Shown one piece after another: positions 60,747 to 64,000 of a DNA stretch of 64,000 nucleotides. The position numbers were made by a program, and so were the translations under genes. Within the stretch, counting starts at the first letter, position 1. Each line of letters opens with the position of its first letter. The notes under the pieces are model-generated. The model had not been told where the DNA came from. It saw only the letters and a program-made list of their open reading frames with translations, and did no database searches. Where the stretch lies: contig OZ316775.1 of the NCBI GenBank assembly GCA_973851085.1, positions 4,960,001 through 5,024,000 on the forward strand, in the 5' to 3' direction. This stretch comes from Ptychomitrium polyphyllum (lineage: Eukaryota).

Positions 60747-63386
60747 ATGGACAAGCAGCAGCATGCGGAGATAGGAGCTGTGAACGTGCGAGATGGAGAT
60801 GGAGATGGAGTGGTCAAGCTGTTGCCTCCGAAGTGCCCGAACTTGCGCGGCATTCTCAAGGTGGCGGATAATCGGCGCGTGCTCATCAGCGTCATCCCTA
60901 CCCTCACTCTTGCTATCATGGGCGGGTGAGATCTAGATCACTCTCTCTTTAGGTCTCGGTCTCTTTGATTCCTTCGCTCCGTCAATCCTGCTGCATGTCG
61001 CTAACGCTCAATTTTGAGCTAAGTTGGATCAGAGATGGTTGCGCTGAGTTTGAGTTCCAGTTTGAGTTTGAGTATGAGTTTGGTTCGCATTCGGTTGCCG
61101 AGTGTGGGAGGATGTTGTGGTACTTGGAGGTGGCGGAGGGTGATGGAATTCTCGGGATGTGAAGTACTGCAGGGCTGTGTTGCCAGTCTCCTGGGCGTTT
61201 AGTGTGACGGGGATCACGGCAGGATTTCTGATCATGATGGTGGTGGCGTCGGCCAATGCTTTCACCTGCGACTTGTTGCTACGGCAGGCGTTCGTGACCG
61301 AGAGTAAGGATTACGAGACTCTGGGATGGGCGGTCGGCGGCCCTGCCTGGCGGGTGAGTGATTCTTGTATTGTCCTTTGCTTAAGATTCTTCGCAAGCAG
61401 AGCATGCATGGAGTTTTTGAGTTTTCCTGTCATGCTGACATAGCCGTGAACTACTTGGAATTAATCTTTGTGCAGATTACAACGGAGGTTAGCATTGTGG
61501 TGCTCTTGCTGGGGTATGTGCGATTAAGCTAGACTGACTCTGTTGGTGTTCAATCATTTCTGAGGAGCTTTGTGAATTCATGCATCGGTTGGGAAGTGGG
61601 CCATTTCTAATCCAGAAAGTGTAATATATAGTTCGATTACAGGAGGCATAGCACAAGTAGGCGAATCTGGTGCGATTGGATTGACAAGCATTTGGCCTAA
61701 TACCCCAAACGCACTCATCAGTGGAAGCGGGCGGCTGCTCATGGTGCTGGTGACTGCGGTCGTAACTTGGCCCCTCTGTATGGTCAGCCGCCTTCGTCAG
61801 GTGAATGCCTTCAATCCAGTGTCTCGATGATTCTCAAAGTCTGGTGAACTGCTCTGTTGTGGATTCTTGGTCCATTAACACTCCGCCCGGGAACTCGATT
61901 CATGTTCGCAGTTGGAGTACGCGGGCATGGTTGGCACCGTGATAGTGTTATGGTTGATGTGCGTCACGGTCGTTGAGGCTTCTCTTAACCGGCTGCCTGC
62001 CGTGAGAGACGGGGAGTTGGCTGCCATCGGCTTCAGCTCAATCGGTAAGCGAGTTGGTTGCTCATAAGGCTTTAATCTCGTCAATTTCATTTCACTACTA
62101 GTTGGCTGCAATGGAGGGTTAGGATTCAGGGTTTTGATTGACAGCGACAAAAACCATTTTGTGTAGGTTTATTGTCGCAGGCGGTGTCGGTTTTTGGGTT
62201 CGCATTTTACATTCAGCCGGTGATCATGCCCTTGTTGGAGGAGATGCCGCCGGGGAAACTTGGTGTCAAGCTCACTTCCTACTCGACTCGCATTGTGGTG
62301 CTAGGTGCGACCTCGATGCTCCATTCTTGCCTCTCGATTGCATCCCTTTCTTGAACTTTAAATCCCACTAGAGAGTGCGCGCTGTTTTGCCGACTGAGCT
62401 TCAAACACACCTTTCACCCATGCGAAACTGACTAACAACATTGTCTGTGTTATGTGCAGTGAATTCCTTTGTCATTTATGGTCTTACGGGATTTTTTGGC
62501 GCTGCGATGTACGGAGCGAGCACTGAGTCAAATATTCTTGTGAACCAGTGGCTCGGGGGTGGTGTAGCTCAAGGCATACTGAATCTCTCCATGACGCGTA
62601 TGGTTCTTCTCCATCCCCATCTTCACTTCCTTTCAGTTGTTGCCAACTAAATCTTCCTGTAGCCATGTTTCATTCCCCACTTTGCATATCCTCTGATGTA
62701 TTCTTTGCATGTCGTTCTGGGCAGTTTATTTGGCCTTGTCTGTGCCTATGCTGGAGTTTCCAACGAGGCACACGATTAACGGTTGGATTCCCGAGAAATG
62801 GGCAATGAACAAGCGGCTCCGACATCTTGTTGTGATGACCGCCATCCTCATGTTCTGTTTGGCTATTGCCGTGCTATGGCCTGCTTCATCAGGAAACATG
62901 CTGGTCGTCACTGGTGCTACTGGCGTATGCATGGTGTCGTACATCATTCCAGTGGTCAATCATCTGCTTCTTTATTATTCAAGGTACAAATCTTTTCTCC
63001 ATATGAGTTGATGTTTTTGATTATCTATCAGGGTGATGCACTTCGCTAAGGTTGCTCGTTAACTATTACCATATACATGACTGTAACCCTCTTAACAGTT
63101 CTTTGGGATGCAGTGAGGGCTTTGATGAGATGCTAGTTTTTGAGGTGGGCTCTAACTTGACACTGTGCGTTGGTTCAGGAGCAAAATACAAAGGACTCGA
63201 AAAATGGAAAATGAGAGAGATCCAGAGAGCAAGCAAATTCAGTTGATTGTGTATAGAAACGAAAGGAAGCCAGGAACTAAGTGGTACGTGGTTGAAGTTC
63301 TGCGAGAGATTCTCTTGCCACTGCTTGTCTTAGCGGTAGGTGTATTTTGTAGTGTTGCTTCCCTGACCACGCTGAAGAAATCCTAG
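60747..63386 (+). CDS. Amino acid transporter (Aa_trans / AAAP, AVT6/SLC38-like), multi-exon
   Basis: TLTLAIMG-AVLPVSWAFSVTGITAG...ANAFTCDLLLR..DYETLG..VGG, PLCMVSRLRQLEYAG, VSVFGFAFYIQPVIMP, GFFGAAMYG..TESNIL, VTGATG..MVSYIIP. It has many hydrophobic segments and GT-AG introns, with TAG at 63384-63386. Confidence 0.85.
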
Positions 63387-63662
63387 TGTTGCATTCCTGC
63401 CAAGGGAGTTGGGATTTACTCTTTATTTGTAAACTGTACAAATGTGGCCTGTTGCCACACCTGTAACGTGTTACGTCCTGATAAAATATAGAAACACCTT
63501 TGTACTTTTTCCTTGTTTCATTTGTCAGTGCAACTCATAGCATCTGGTCTCCTCGAATTTACTGTTAGCAAATCAGTAACACCAGTAAGTAAACAAAACT
63601 TGGACAGTCTCGTGTGGACCCTGGGTTTCGAGCATCTACAAATTTCTCCTCCTTGAGGTGAT

Positions 63663-63911
63663 TTATTTCCTCAACTCCTCAGCTCTCAACGCACGCTCAA
63701 CGATCCAACCATGAATCTTCCAATCTTCCTGCAACTGAGGGAACATACTCACGTATTCAAATCTACAACGTTTTATTTCTCCCCACTCTGAAAGTTTATT
63801 CTGTGATTGAATGAGGCAGATATTGCATACCATAAGGTAGAACAGCCAATTCTCCCCCAGAGACTCATGGCCACTAGCATGTAAAAGACTAGAAACTAGT
63901 ATGTGCATTTC
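63663..63911 (-). CDS. Possible 3' terminal exons of a gene entering from beyond the window (unidentified)
   Basis: Candidate exon ...HASGHESLGENWLFYLM|GTATGC and last exon CCTCAG|LQEDWKIHGWIVERALRAEELRK*. No family recognised. Confidence 0.25.
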   Translation of the reverse strand, partial: EMHILVSSLLHASGHESLGENWLFYLMVCNICLIQSQNKLSEWGEIKRCRFEYVSMFPQLQEDWKIHGWIVERALRAEELRK

Positions 63912-64000
63912 TATTAACCACCAACTTTTAGTTATTGGTGTTTAGGTTTGGTGAGTGGTGGTAATGGGATCATGGAATGGTGGTTATGGAAAGGAGGGTA

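Overview
Eukaryotic nuclear DNA with spliced GT-AG genes. The gene repertoire and style fit a bryophyte, probably a moss of the Physcomitrium/Ceratodon type; the taxon is an inference. Twelve protein-coding genes can be built by hand, left to right: a head-to-head pair of small dehydrin-like paralogues, a LURP-one/LOR protein, an FBH/AKS-type bHLH, an intronless organellar Twinkle primase-helicase, a CGSC thioredoxin-like protein, UVSSA, an alpha/beta-hydrolase, an SPL7-type SBP-box factor (minus strand), clathrin heavy chain, TFIIE-beta (minus strand) and an amino-acid transporter. Between them lie AT-rich decayed repeats, a likely solo LTR and a kinase pseudogene fragment. The most striking observation is inside the clathrin heavy chain gene. 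Two tandem homologous 109-nt exons (44244-44352 and 44411-44519) encode alternative versions of the same stretch of the adaptor-binding beta-propeller. They are separated by only 58 nt, and only one-or-the-other inclusion keeps the frame, so they are a candidate mutually exclusive exon pair. All exon boundaries were read by eye and need RNA-seq confirmation.
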